55,161 nt of DNA, taken from assembly GCA_030612365.1 (NCBI GenBank), contig JAUWOA010000004.1, positions 1 to 55,161 of the forward strand, read 5' to 3'. This document shows, piece by piece, positions 27,935 to 38,809 of this stretch. The first letter of the stretch is position 1. Each line of letters starts with the position of its first letter. Below the pieces are notes generated by a model. It worked only from the letters and a program-made list of their open reading frames with translations. It was not told the origin of the DNA and did not search any database. Both the position numbers and the translations under genes were made by a program. The stretch comes from Candidatus Thorarchaeota archaeon. Its GTDB lineage: Archaea > Asgardarchaeota > Thorarchaeia > Thorarchaeales > Thorarchaeaceae.

Positions 27935-29125
27935 CTAATCAAGTCGGAGAGCTACAAAGCCAACAATCATCGCTGCAATGATGAATAGGACAACGAATAG
28001 GAGTCGCCAATCTATTAGGGGGACTGACGGCGTGCCAGGGTGCTCCAGTAGCAAGACGGTCAGATGATTCTCCTCAAGAAGAGTTAGGCATTGCATGGCA
28101 TTGGCAATGAACTGAATATACCCGACCTCGAATCCCGGGGCATTGGCCCAAGCGCCATTAGATGACTGGCAATTCAGAACAAACTGCGTCACTGTTTCAT
28201 TGACTTCCTCGATAGCGTTGAGCAAGTCCATGGCTTTTAGGGCATAGTACGTGCTCAGAAGATTCGTATCGTTGGTCAGAGCTCCTTCCTCAAAACCCCC
28301 AGTTAGCTCGATTATATCGGGGTCAAGATCCTGACGGTCCATTATCCATGCTTTTGTGGCTTGAATGACCGATGCGACTGGAAGGGCATCCAATAAGCTT
28401 AGCGAGAGGAGCGCCGCAGCACTTGGTGTCACTCCGGCTGTGGTTGATTCGGGGCTCAATTTGTAGGCATCGCCCTCTCTGCAGTTCATAATCCACGTGA
28501 TTGTGGCTGTTGTATTGAGAAGTAGACTATCCAGAGTCCATGGAGTTTCACTAGCGAGGATTTCGATGACCTCCAACGCGAGGTAGGTGGAAACGATATC
28601 TGCATTGCCTCCAACCTCATTGCTGAATCCTCCGCTCGTTGTCTGAGTCCTGTTGATGAACATCAATGCTGCCGTCGAATTAATTTCTACATCATCCAAA
28701 CCCGGAATGCCACTCTGCGCAGTAATAATCTTCCAGAGGGATATCGCTTTGTGGGTGGTTTCTACACTGACCAAACCTGCGATGAAGGAACCGAATCCTC
28801 CATAGCGTTCATTGGTTTCTCCACCGGTATCCCATTGCACCTTTTGAGTGAAGTTCGCCATCTTCAGAAGATCGACTATCGGGGGTCTTGCATCCAGATA
28901 CCCAATAACATCCCATAAGAGAGCAGCAGAATAAGTTGCCTCTATTCGCGAGGTTCCCTTTCCATCAAGATTGTAGCCCCCTTCGGCTGTGTCATACCTA
29001 TCAGTCAGATAAGTATTCAGGGATTCAAAACGGGTTGCTGGATTGGCCGCAGTTGGTATTGCTGTAAATGCCATCGCCAGAATGGCTACTGCTATCATTA
29101 AACCTGCTACTTGGACCTTCTTCAT
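27935..29125 (-). CDS. Exported prenyltransferase/squalene-cyclase-repeat (alpha/alpha toroid) protein with C-terminal TM
   Basis: Signal peptide; repeats QTTSGGF..STYLAL, GGF..STYYAL, CQSSNGAW; C-terminal hydrophobic anchor. Confidence 0.8.
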   Translation of the reverse strand: MKKVQVAGLMIAVAILAMAFTAIPTAANPATRFESLNTYLTDRYDTAEGGYNLDGKGTSRIEATYSAALLWDVIGYLDARPPIVDLLKMANFTQKVQWDTGGETNERYGGFGSFIAGLVSVETTHKAISLWKIITAQSGIPGLDDVEINSTAALMFINRTQTTSGGFSNEVGGNADIVSTYLALEVIEILASETPWTLDSLLLNTTATITWIMNCREGDAYKLSPESTTAGVTPSAAALLSLSLLDALPVASVIQATKAWIMDRQDLDPDIIELTGGFEEGALTNDTNLLSTYYALKAMDLLNAIEEVNETVTQFVLNCQSSNGAWANAPGFEVGYIQFIANAMQCLTLLEENHLTVLLLEHPGTPSVPLIDWRLLFVVLFIIAAMIVGFVALRLD

Positions 29126-29231
29126 GCGGACACCACGGTCAAATAGGTGACACCGAATACACTGTTTCGGCGCGTTGTGCCTCGGACTGCTGAGGTGTTA
29201 TTAACATTTCCCCATGTTGAACGGTTGTACA

Positions 29232-30182
29232 CTAGCGGGGGCCCGTCTTTTCTTTGCGAATGTACTTGTATGCAGAATCTGCAGCAACTGCACCTTGACC
29301 AGCCGCCACAACGATTTGCTTCATCCCATCCACGACATCACCTGCCGCAAAGAGACCCGGCACGTTTGTCTTCTGTTCGCCATCTGCAAAAATCTCGCCG
29401 CGCTTGTTCATCTTCACTTCGAGCGGTTTCACAAGCTTGCTTTCAGGATCTGAACCAAGAGCCACAAAGACACCATCAATCTCTAAGGTTCGTGTTTCGC
29501 CACTCTTGACGTTCTCAATCAAGATGTCTGATATCAGCTGCTCACCGTGGAACTCCTTTACAATGTGGTCCCACACAATCTCTGCGTCAGTTCTGAACAA
29601 CATATCCTGTACCGCCTTTTCAGCCCTCAGAGCATCTCTTCGATGAATCACGTAGACCTTCCCTGCTAGTTCAGATAGATACAGTGCCTCGGTTACAGCG
29701 GTGTTGCCGCCCCCGATGACAGCCAATGTCTTCCCTCTGAAGAGCGGCCCGTCACAAGTAGCGCAGAAGGAAACCCCTCTTCCTGTGAACTCATCCTCTC
29801 CTGGTACACCCAGCTTTCTGTGGCCTCCGCCAGTGGCGATTACTATTGCCTTTGCTATGTACTCCCCACGCCTCGTTTCCAGAGCAAAGTCCCCTGAGTC
29901 CTCAAGTATCTTGATACTCTTTACTTCAGTGATTTCCTTGTACTCTGCTCCGCATTTCTTGAGCTGTTCTTTCATTTTGTTGGCCAAATCCATACCAACA
30001 ATGAAGTTGAAGCCTGGATAGTTTTCAATACCCGGGCTCGTGGCTTGCGCTCCTCCCAAGACTCTTGATTCTAGCAACATTGTCTTGAGCCCGTAACGCG
30101 CACCATACATGGCCGCAGTCATTCCTGCGGGTCCTCCGCCAATCACTATGAGTTCCCAGTTCAAGTCAATCTCGTCAGTCAT
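29232..30182 (-). CDS. trxB: Thioredoxin-disulfide reductase
   Basis: GGGPAG, GVSFCATCDG, GGGNTA, HRRD, FAAGD. Confidence 0.95.
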   Translation of the reverse strand: MTDEIDLNWELIVIGGGPAGMTAAMYGARYGLKTMLLESRVLGGAQATSPGIENYPGFNFIVGMDLANKMKEQLKKCGAEYKEITEVKSIKILEDSGDFALETRRGEYIAKAIVIATGGGHRKLGVPGEDEFTGRGVSFCATCDGPLFRGKTLAVIGGGNTAVTEALYLSELAGKVYVIHRRDALRAEKAVQDMLFRTDAEIVWDHIVKEFHGEQLISDILIENVKSGETRTLEIDGVFVALGSDPESKLVKPLEVKMNKRGEIFADGEQKTNVPGLFAAGDVVDGMKQIVVAAGQGAVAADSAYKYIRKEKTGPR

Positions 30183-30326
30183 CTGGATGTCATCCTGTAA
30201 GGCGGTCGAGTTGGGTTATACTCGTTTTTCATTGTTTCCTTAATCTAGCTTGCTGTCATATCCCTTTGGTTTGTTCAAGAAAAAGAAGGGTGATGGAGCG
30301 CTATGGCTCCATTACTCTGTTTTACG

Positions 30327-31982
30327 TTACATCATTCCGGGCATGCCGCCCATGCCACCCATTTCGCCCATACCGCCGCCTGGAGGTCCTGGTGGAGGAC
30401 CGGCCTTGGCTGCTATCACATCGTCAATCCTAAGGATCATCTGGGCAGTTTCTGACGCTGCACGAATGGCCTGAAGCTTAACGCGAGATGGCTCAATGAC
30501 ACCTGCCTTTAGCATGTCGACGCTCTTGCCCTTGAACACATCCACACCATACCAAATACCTGTTGCTTTGGAGTGATCTTTGTTCAGGTCGGCAATGATG
30601 TCAATTGGGTCGTGACCGCCATTCTCAGCAAGTGTTCTTGGGATAACTCTGAGAGCCTCTGCAAATGCCTCGATGGCTAGCTGCTCACGGCCACCAATTT
30701 GGGTGGCATAAGTTTCCAAGCGCTTGGCTATCTCTGCTTCAACGGAACCGCCGCCAGCAACGTATGTGTTGTCCTCGATGACATTCCTTACCACGGAGAG
30801 CGCATCATGCAGTGCCCTGTCAGCTTCGTCGACGACATGTTCAGTGCCGCCTCTGATGACGATTGATACCGCCTTCGGGTCCTTGCAGTCTCGAACGTAC
30901 AGGAGCTTATCATCAGCAATCCTGACTTCCTCAACAATGCCTGCTTTGCCTAGGTAATCCTTGGTGAGCTCATCTAGGTTTGTTGCTACGCTGGCACCTG
31001 TGGCCTTTGCTAGCTTCTCCAGAGTACTCTTCTTAGCCCTTCGGATGGCTAGGACTCCCGCCTTAGCCAAATAGTGCTGCGCTACATCATCGATGCCCTT
31101 CTGGCAGATGAGAACGGTCGCACCGGAGTCGATGACTTTGTCAACCATGCTCTTGAGCATACGCTCCTCCTCATCGAGGAAGGCTTTGATCTGGTCTGGG
31201 CTGTCAATCCGAATCTCAGCATCGAACTCGGTCTTGGTCACCTCTATCGCCGTATTAACCAGAGCGATTTTAGCAGCCTCAACTTTCCTTGGCATAGCAG
31301 CATGTACAATCTCCTTATCGATTACCATGCCCTTCACGAGCTCGGTCTCGTTGAGGCTCTTGCCTTGCTTCTTGATAATTTCAATCATATCGATGTCCGC
31401 CCTTTTCTTGCCGTTGATGTCTTCTGTAATCTGCAAGACTGCCTTGACAGCGATGTCAGAAAAGTGGTCCCTTGAACCAACTATAGACTTGCTATTCATA
31501 GACGTGTTGGCAATGCCTCTCAAGGTCTTCTTGTCCGGGCCTTCCATGGTGATGGATAGATCCGCCAGAATCTGTGTTGCCTTGTCCGTTGCTTTCTGAT
31601 ACCCACCAACAATAATCGTTGGGTGAATCTTCTTCTCAAGCAGGTTCTGTGCTCTCTTCAAGAGCTCGCCAGCGATGACAACTGAAGTGGTCGTGCCGTC
31701 ACCAGTCTCCTGGTCTTGGGTCTTTGCCACCTCAACAAGCATCTTCGCAGCTGGGTGCTGGACGTCAATCTCCTTCAGGATTGATGCACCATCGTTTGTG
31801 ATTGTGACATCTCCTAGAGAATCGACGAGCATCTTATCCATGCCGCGAGGTCCAAGTGTGGACTTGACTGCGTCGGCGATGACGATACCTGCCATAATGT
31901 TATTGGCTTGCGCGCTTCTACCGCGCTCGCGCTCTGTGCCCTCCTTCAGAATCAGGATGGGTGTTCCGGATAATTGTGCCAT
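30327..31982 (-). CDS. ths: Thermosome (group II chaperonin) subunit
   Basis: [31 protein letters not shown] and a GGM-rich tail. Probable start ATG 31982. Confidence 0.96.
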   Translation of the reverse strand: MAQLSGTPILILKEGTERERGRSAQANNIMAGIVIADAVKSTLGPRGMDKMLVDSLGDVTITNDGASILKEIDVQHPAAKMLVEVAKTQDQETGDGTTTSVVIAGELLKRAQNLLEKKIHPTIIVGGYQKATDKATQILADLSITMEGPDKKTLRGIANTSMNSKSIVGSRDHFSDIAVKAVLQITEDINGKKRADIDMIEIIKKQGKSLNETELVKGMVIDKEIVHAAMPRKVEAAKIALVNTAIEVTKTEFDAEIRIDSPDQIKAFLDEEERMLKSMVDKVIDSGATVLICQKGIDDVAQHYLAKAGVLAIRRAKKSTLEKLAKATGASVATNLDELTKDYLGKAGIVEEVRIADDKLLYVRDCKDPKAVSIVIRGGTEHVVDEADRALHDALSVVRNVIEDNTYVAGGGSVEAEIAKRLETYATQIGGREQLAIEAFAEALRVIPRTLAENGGHDPIDIIADLNKDHSKATGIWYGVDVFKGKSVDMLKAGVIEPSRVKLQAIRAASETAQMILRIDDVIAAKAGPPPGPPGGGMGEMGGMGGMPGMM

Positions 31983-32211
31983 TTTTTGTTCCCCTGATAA
32001 TTTATACACCAGACTAGGCGTCAACTCAGTGTAACCTAACCCAGCTTACCAATGGTAAAACTGTACATGGACTTCGGGCTTCATGATATAAAGATTGAGT
32101 TTGAGCTACAGATTGCTGGCTTCATCATCCGTGTAGTTCACCAAACAAAGGAATTAAGAATAACGTCCGAGCTCGTGAATTGATACGATTTCATTTGGAG
32201 TAGTTCCATTC

Positions 32212-33930
32212 ATGGATTTTACAATAAACACAGGTGGCCAAGCCGGGCAAGGAATAGACACCATTGGCGACCTGATAAGTCAGGTCTTCATTAAGACAGG
32301 ATTCTATGTTCATGTCTTGAAGGATTTCGAATCAAGAATCAGAGGGGGATACAACTTCAATCAAATCCGAGTGAGTGATTCGCCAATCTACGCTGCTACT
32401 GACAAGGTCGACCTCATTATAGCAATGACCAAGGATGCGATTATAGAACAGCGCAGCCGGTTGACTGAGGGTGGTGTGATAATTTTCGATGACAGGATTG
32501 AGTTTGATGATTTAGAATCATGTCATCTCTCAGTACCTTTAGAGAAGACGGCAAAAGAAGTGGGTGGAAGTACGCGAATGACGAATGCTGCAGCTCTTGG
32601 TGCTGCTCTCGCAGTGCTGCAATTCCCATTCAAGCTAGTCGTAAACGCTCTCACAGCCAAGTTTGAGAGGAAAGGTGAGAAGGTTGTCGCCAGCAATGTC
32701 GCAGTCGCAAAAGCTCTGTACGACCTAACCACTGAACAATTCTCAGGAACCTGTAGTCAGAACCTTAGTTCTGTCAAGAAAGGGCCGTCCAAAGATCTCC
32801 TCTTCATCAATGGGAACCGTGCTCTAGCCCTTGGGGCAATGGCCTCCAATGTGAAATGGATTTCTGCTTACCCCATGAGCCCCTCCACACAGGTCTTTCA
32901 GGACATCGTGTCACAGGCTCACAAGCTAAGAATAGGGACCCTGCAGGCAGAAGATGAGCTGTCAGCGATAACGATGGGTCTCGGAGCATCATTCGCTGGT
33001 GCTAGATCTTTTGTGACAACCTCAGGCGGCGGGTTCTCCCTCATGGTCGAGGCGCTCGGACTTGCAGCAATTACAGAAACTCCGATTGTAATATACAATG
33101 CTCAACGACCTGGCCCCGCCACGGGACTGCCCACGCGAACTGAACAATCGGACCTTCTCTTCATGGCACACGCGAGTCAAGGCGAATTTCCACGCATCTT
33201 GCTAGCACCAAAGGATCCAGTGGAAGGCTTCGAAGTTGCCACGCGAGCCTTTAACCTGGCTGACAAGTTTCAGGTTCCTGTGATGATACTTGGAGACCAG
33301 TACTATGCTGATTCGATGATGAATATCCCTCGCCTCGATGTTACGGGCGTTAACGTGGACCGCGGTTCAATTGCTACTGAAGGGCCGGACCCAGAGTATC
33401 TCAGATACAAACTCACCAAGGACGGCGTATCCCCCAGAGCCTTCCCGGGTGACGCTGGCAAGACAGTTGTCAATTCCGGTAACGTGCACTTGGAGAACGG
33501 TCACATTACTGAGAACCCTGACTTGCGCAATGCAATGGTTGAGAAGCTGATGAAGAAGGTGCCTCACATACTCAAGACTCTAAATCCACCCACAATCTAT
33601 GGCAAGAAAATCGCCGACATTACATTGCTGACTTGGGGGTCAACTTGGGGTTCGGTCTATGAAGTCGTCAACCTTCTCAATGCTGAGGGGGTGTCAATCA
33701 ATCAACTGCACTTCTGTGACGTATACCCATTGAGGACTACAACATTGAAGACGGTCTTCAAGAAGGCCAAGAAGGTCGTAGCCGTGGAGCAGAACGCAAC
33801 CTCGCAGTTCGCAAGATTGGTCCGGATGGAAACTGGCCTCAGCGTGGGTCATCACATCAACAAGTACGACGGGCGACAGATGACTGCGCAGTGGGTCATG
33901 ACGCAGTTAAAGGAGGCTGGTATCGCATGA
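32212..33930 (+). CDS. korA: 2-oxoacid:ferredoxin oxidoreductase subunit alpha (gamma-alpha fusion)
   Basis: GGQAGQG, ESRIRGG, AYPMSP, QAEDE, TTSGGGFSLM, QRPGPATGLPT. Confidence 0.92.
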   Translation: MDFTINTGGQAGQGIDTIGDLISQVFIKTGFYVHVLKDFESRIRGGYNFNQIRVSDSPIYAATDKVDLIIAMTKDAIIEQRSRLTEGGVIIFDDRIEFDDLESCHLSVPLEKTAKEVGGSTRMTNAAALGAALAVLQFPFKLVVNALTAKFERKGEKVVASNVAVAKALYDLTTEQFSGTCSQNLSSVKKGPSKDLLFINGNRALALGAMASNVKWISAYPMSPSTQVFQDIVSQAHKLRIGTLQAEDELSAITMGLGASFAGARSFVTTSGGGFSLMVEALGLAAITETPIVIYNAQRPGPATGLPTRTEQSDLLFMAHASQGEFPRILLAPKDPVEGFEVATRAFNLADKFQVPVMILGDQYYADSMMNIPRLDVTGVNVDRGSIATEGPDPEYLRYKLTKDGVSPRAFPGDAGKTVVNSGNVHLENGHITENPDLRNAMVEKLMKKVPHILKTLNPPTIYGKKIADITLLTWGSTWGSVYEVVNLLNAEGVSINQLHFCDVYPLRTTTLKTVFKKAKKVVAVEQNATSQFARLVRMETGLSVGHHINKYDGRQMTAQWVMTQLKEAGIA

Positions 33931-34790
33931 TTACGGTTGAAGAGCTTGAAGGAAAACAAGCGATAACTTGGTGTACTGGGTGCGGCAACTTCGGAATATT
34001 GGCTGCTCTCAAGAAAGCAGTGATTGAGCTAGATGTTCCCCGTCATGAGATTCTTTTGGTTTCCGGGATTGGGTGCTCTAGCAAGGCTCCGCATTACATC
34101 AATCTGAATATGTTCCATACCCTTCACGGAAGAGCTATTCCTGTTGCGACTGGCGCTCACCTTGTTAATCCGGACCTCAAAGTCATTGTGAACACTGGGG
34201 ATGGAGATGGTTTAGGTGAGGGCTTTTCCCATTACATACATGCTGCCCGCCGCAACGTTAACCTAGCGGTCTTCATTCACAACAATGGTGTAATGGGTCT
34301 CACGAAGGGTCAGTTCTCACCTGCGGCACAGCGAGGATATGTATCGATTACTTCTCCTCCTCCGGGAGCTCCGATGTGGCCAATCAATCCTGTCGCTCTT
34401 GCAATTGCCGGCGGCGCAACCTACGTGGCACGTGGATTCTCAGGAAATCAGAAGGATCTTGTGACGCTCATGGTCGAAGCCGTACAGCACAGGGGTTTCG
34501 CAGTTGTAGATATTCTCCAGCCCTGTCAGACATGGAATCGAAAGCTCACATGGAAGTTCTACAATGAACGGGCGTATTCACTGCAGGAGGAAGGACACGA
34601 CCCGACGAATAAGATGCTTGCTCTGGAGAAATCGTTCGAGTTTGGAGATAGGATACCAGTCGGTCTGTTTTACAGGTCAAAACTTCCCGACCTAGCATCC
34701 GGCTTGGCATTGCCCAAGGACAGTAGACTCAGAGACCACGAAACGGATAGAGCGTTGCTCCAGCAAGTTGTGAATGACTTGATATTGTAA
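33927..34790 (+). CDS. korB: 2-oxoacid:ferredoxin oxidoreductase subunit beta
   Basis: WCTGCGN, SGIGCS, HGRA, GDGD TPP motif, GLTKGQ. ATG 33927 overlaps the alpha stop (ATGA). Confidence 0.92.
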   Translation: MITVEELEGKQAITWCTGCGNFGILAALKKAVIELDVPRHEILLVSGIGCSSKAPHYINLNMFHTLHGRAIPVATGAHLVNPDLKVIVNTGDGDGLGEGFSHYIHAARRNVNLAVFIHNNGVMGLTKGQFSPAAQRGYVSITSPPPGAPMWPINPVALAIAGGATYVARGFSGNQKDLVTLMVEAVQHRGFAVVDILQPCQTWNRKLTWKFYNERAYSLQEEGHDPTNKMLALEKSFEFGDRIPVGLFYRSKLPDLASGLALPKDSRLRDHETDRALLQQVVNDLIL

Positions 34791-34826
34791 TGGCTCTACA
34801 GGATAACACAACAGGAAGGACATTGG

Positions 34827-36215
34827 ATGAAAAAGACACGCACAGAGAAGGATGTGCTTGGAGAACTTGATGTTCCTGCGGATGCCTACTGGGGAATCAA
34901 TACACAACGCGCAATTGAGAATTTCCAGATAAGCGGTCTGCGATTCTCCCAGAGATTCATCCTGTCACTCGCCAAGGTGAAGAAGGCGTGCGTATTGTCA
35001 AACATGGAGAGTGCTGACCTGGATGAGGATCTGGGGAATGCTATTCTTCATTCTGTAGACGAAATGCTGGATGAGGGACGGTTCCTAGATCAGTTTCCTG
35101 TCGATGTATTTCAGACTGGTTCCGGAACTCAGACTAACATGAATATGAATGAAGTTCTCGCAAACCGGGCGAATGAAATCCTGGGGCATCCCAAAGGAAT
35201 GAACTCACCCGTTCATCCAAATGATCACGTCAACAAGGGTCAGTCTTCAAATGACGTCATTCCCACAGCGATGCATCTAGCGGCGATGGATGCAATCACT
35301 GTTAATCTATTGCCTTCCATAGAAAAACTGATTCAAGCGCTTGAACGGAAAATAAAACAATTCGAAGGCATCGTAAAAGTTGGACGGACTCATCTTCAGG
35401 ATGCAGTACCTATCCCTCTCTCCACGGAGTTTGAGGTCTATCGTCAACAGTTCAGTGAGGTCAGCAAGGCATTGCACAGCATCCTTGGCGAACTTGCTGT
35501 GGTTCCCGTTGGTGGAACTGCCCTTGGAACAGGGCTCAACGCACCCAAAGGATTCGCAGAGAGAGTGACAAAACATCTCATCGACCTCGCAGACCAACCA
35601 ATCGAAATCAATCCAGTCAAGGCTGAAGGGATTGCTTCACACAGCAAACTTGTATCTACCAGTGGGATTCTTCGTCAGTTGGCATTAGCATGCATCAAAA
35701 TGGCCAATGATATCCGTTGGATGGGGAGCGGTCCACGTGCTGGCTTGGGCGAACTGCTACTGCCGCAGAACGAACCAGGCTCATCGATAATGCCCGGAAA
35801 AATCAACCCCACTCAGGCAGAGGCTTTGATCCAGGTTTCCCTGCAGGTTATGGGAAATGATTCTACGATTGCTTTGGCAGAAGGATTCGGAAGCATGCTC
35901 GACTTGAATGTCGCAAAGCCTGTGATGATTGTGAACCTTCTCCACTCGATTCGCATCCTATCTAATGGCATCAACTCCTTCGTGGAACACTGCCTTGAAG
36001 GTTTGAAAGCGAACACTAACCACATCGAACTTCAATTGGAACGGACTCTTATGATTGTGACACGTTTGACGCCCATCATAGGATATGACAAGGCTTCAGA
36101 GGTGGCGAAAGCAGCTCATTCATCAGGAAAGACGATTAGAGAGACCTTACTTGACATGAAACTAGAGATTGATGGCAATTTGGATGAGCTACTTGACCCG
36201 AAGAGGATGGTGTAG
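34827..36215 (+). CDS. fumC: Class II fumarate hydratase
   Basis: QTGSGTQTNMN, HPNDHVN, GRTHLQDA, GSSIMPGKINP. Confidence 0.9.
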   Translation: MKKTRTEKDVLGELDVPADAYWGINTQRAIENFQISGLRFSQRFILSLAKVKKACVLSNMESADLDEDLGNAILHSVDEMLDEGRFLDQFPVDVFQTGSGTQTNMNMNEVLANRANEILGHPKGMNSPVHPNDHVNKGQSSNDVIPTAMHLAAMDAITVNLLPSIEKLIQALERKIKQFEGIVKVGRTHLQDAVPIPLSTEFEVYRQQFSEVSKALHSILGELAVVPVGGTALGTGLNAPKGFAERVTKHLIDLADQPIEINPVKAEGIASHSKLVSTSGILRQLALACIKMANDIRWMGSGPRAGLGELLLPQNEPGSSIMPGKINPTQAEALIQVSLQVMGNDSTIALAEGFGSMLDLNVAKPVMIVNLLHSIRILSNGINSFVEHCLEGLKANTNHIELQLERTLMIVTRLTPIIGYDKASEVAKAAHSSGKTIRETLLDMKLEIDGNLDELLDPKRMV

Positions 36216-36301
36216 TCTAGCTCCGACAGAAAAAGCTCCTTATACTAGGACTGCACTTGAATTGCATTGCTCGGAGTGATTCCGAGGCGAGGAGAGACGC
36301 A

Positions 36302-37984
36302 TTGGTGGACCTCAAGCACGATGTATTGATCGTAGGCGCAGGGCTCTCTGGCTTGAGAGCTGCAATCGAGATTATTGACACTCACGATGTTGCAGTCGTG
36401 ACAAAGGTACATTCTCTCAGGTCACACTCCGTAGCCGCACAAGGTGGAATCAATGCTGCCATGAGTATCGAGGATTCGTGGGAGTCACACGCTTTTGACA
36501 CTGTCAAGGGGTCCGACTATCTGGCTGACCAGGATGTCGTGGAGGTTCTTACCAAGAATGCTCCGTCAGTTGTCATCGAGAACGAGCTGTGGGGTACAGC
36601 TTTCTCAAGAACTGAGGACGGAACGATTGCACAGAGACCCTTTGGTGGAGCAGCGTATCCCCGAACATGCTACGCTGCTGACCGCACAGGGCATAACCTT
36701 CTCCATACAACTTTCGAGCAAGCTATGAGAAAGGGCGTGAAGTTCTATGACGAATGGTTTGTAACTTCGCTTGTTAGGTCCGATGACCGAATTGTGGGGG
36801 TTACCGCCCTTGAGATTGCCACAGGCAAGGTGCTTGGCATCGGGGCCAAGGCTGTGATACTCGCTACAGGCGGCTTTGGTCAGGTCTATGGACGCTCAAC
36901 AAATGCGCTCATCAACACCGGTGATGGCTGTGGTTTAGCGTTAAGAGCTGGAGTGCCATTGAAAGACATGGAGTTCATTCAGTTCCATCCGACTGGATTG
37001 AAAGGCTCTAACATCCTGATAACAGAAGGTGCAAGAGGTGAGGGTGGATATCTTCTCAACTCCAAGGGAGAGCGGTTCATGAAGGAATATGCTCCTGAGA
37101 AGATGGAACTTGCGCCTCGCGACATAGTTGCCCGAGCGATACAGACCGAGGTCGATGAGGGTCGAGGCTTTGAAGGTGGGTACGTCCACCTAGACCTGAT
37201 CCATTTGGGCGCAGCTAAGATCAAAGATCGTCTTCCTGGAATTAGAGAAATTAGCATGGACTTTGCTGGAGTTGACCCAATCGAAGCGCCCATCCCGGTG
37301 GTGCCAACTCAGCACTACTCCATGGGCGGAATCGATTGTGACAAGAATGGAACAACGCCTCTGAACGGCCTGTTTGCTGTGGGCGAAACCGCATGCATGA
37401 GCGTCCATGGAGCGAATAGGCTTGGCGGCAACTCTCTCCTTGAAACCCTAGTTTTTGGACGCATAGTTGGCAAGAATGCGAGTGAATACTCCGCCAATGC
37501 GAAAGACCCTGATGCAGAAGCCTTGGATAATGCAACCTTCGCAATGCGAGAGAGGATTCAAGCAATCCTGATGAATGAATCTGGAGAGTTGTGCGCTGAA
37601 CTCAGAGAACTAATGGGGGCCACCATGGATAACGACGTGGGGGTCTTCAGAGACCCAAGGAGGATGGAAGGAGCTCTCAAGGTCATCGAGATGATTCAAG
37701 AGCGGTTCGAAAACGTTTCAATACCTCGAAGCGATGACCGCTTCAACTACGCTCTAATCCGAACTCTTGAGCTTGAGAATATGCTCCAGTTAGCTTACGC
37801 CATCACAGCAGGAGCCATCTGGCGAGAGGAGAGCCGAGGCGCTCACTGGAGGATTGACCATCCAAAAAGGGATGATGACAGGTTCCTAAAACACACCTTG
37901 ATAACACTCATCGATGGCGAAATGAAAATTGGCACCAAGGATGTCAATCTTGGCAAGTTTGAAGTGAAGGAGCGGACCTACTGA
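36302..37984 (+). CDS. sdhA: Succinate dehydrogenase/fumarate reductase flavoprotein
   Basis: [12 protein letters not shown] (covalent-FAD His), [38 protein letters not shown]. The start is uncertain (36302/36305; ORF open from 36257). Confidence 0.93.
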   Translation: MVDLKHDVLIVGAGLSGLRAAIEIIDTHDVAVVTKVHSLRSHSVAAQGGINAAMSIEDSWESHAFDTVKGSDYLADQDVVEVLTKNAPSVVIENELWGTAFSRTEDGTIAQRPFGGAAYPRTCYAADRTGHNLLHTTFEQAMRKGVKFYDEWFVTSLVRSDDRIVGVTALEIATGKVLGIGAKAVILATGGFGQVYGRSTNALINTGDGCGLALRAGVPLKDMEFIQFHPTGLKGSNILITEGARGEGGYLLNSKGERFMKEYAPEKMELAPRDIVARAIQTEVDEGRGFEGGYVHLDLIHLGAAKIKDRLPGIREISMDFAGVDPIEAPIPVVPTQHYSMGGIDCDKNGTTPLNGLFAVGETACMSVHGANRLGGNSLLETLVFGRIVGKNASEYSANAKDPDAEALDNATFAMRERIQAILMNESGELCAELRELMGATMDNDVGVFRDPRRMEGALKVIEMIQERFENVSIPRSDDRFNYALIRTLELENMLQLAYAITAGAIWREESRGAHWRIDHPKRDDDRFLKHTLITLIDGEMKIGTKDVNLGKFEVKERTY

Positions 37985-38718
37985 TGTTATTCAGAGTGGC
38001 TAGAAGCAGAGATGGCGGAACGGTGTCACACTACGACCTCTACAAGGTCGATGTCAAGAAGGGCATGACAGTTCTAGATGCTCTATTTCAAATCCAAGAC
38101 AAGATGGATCCCTCGATCTCTTTCAGGTATTCATGCCGCGGTGCTGTTTGCGGCAGCTGCGCCATGCTCATCAACAAGGAACCTCGACTAGCCTGCAAGA
38201 CCCAAGTCTCTGACCTCAATGATTTGAATATGAACCTCAAGCCTTTCCCAGCCATAACTGACCTGCCTCCTGGCTGGAATTCCAATGAAGAGGTGTTAGT
38301 TGAGCCATTGCCGAACCTCCCTATCCTGAAGGATCTTATTGTTGACATGACTAGGTTCTACAATGCACTTGAGAGTCTGAAACTGTGGGCCGAACCTGCG
38401 GAAGGAGAAAAGGCACGGATACAGTCCCCATCTGATCGGAGGAAGATGGAGCGCTATGTCAATTGCATTATGTGTGCGCTATGTTTTGGTTCCTGTCCAG
38501 TCAACGCGGAGAAGAAGGAGTATGTTGGGCCATCAGCTCTCGCAAAGGCGTGGAGGTTTCACGAGGACTCGCGGACGGCCGACAAGGACCGTTACCTTAA
38601 GGCTGCAATAGCCCCTGAAGGAGCACCTCTCTGCGATTTGATAATGAACTGTGTGAAAGCGTGTCCCAAGGGTGTTGCGCCTGGCGGAGTAATAAGGAAG
38701 ATCAAGAAGGCCAGCTAG
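37984..38718 (+). CDS. sdhB: Succinate dehydrogenase/fumarate reductase Fe-S subunit
   Basis: SCRGAVCGSC..LAC, CIMCALCFGSCP, CDLIMNCVKACP. Confidence 0.93.
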   Translation: MLFRVARSRDGGTVSHYDLYKVDVKKGMTVLDALFQIQDKMDPSISFRYSCRGAVCGSCAMLINKEPRLACKTQVSDLNDLNMNLKPFPAITDLPPGWNSNEEVLVEPLPNLPILKDLIVDMTRFYNALESLKLWAEPAEGEKARIQSPSDRRKMERYVNCIMCALCFGSCPVNAEKKEYVGPSALAKAWRFHEDSRTADKDRYLKAAIAPEGAPLCDLIMNCVKACPKGVAPGGVIRKIKKAS

Positions 38719-38809
38719 CTCGCCAGATGGCTTCGATTGCTCTCCCAAGGCTTGGACTATCTTTGCGTTTCCGAACAGACTTAATAGCAATGATAGCATC
38801 ACTCCGTAT

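Noticed and set aside
30330-30400. GGM/GPP low-complexity repeat
   Set aside because: Ordinary chaperonin C-terminal tail.
33217-33229. CCAGTGGAAGGCT match to module A inside korA
   Set aside because: A short match within an intact coding frame (PVEG) with no flanking similarity; likely chance.
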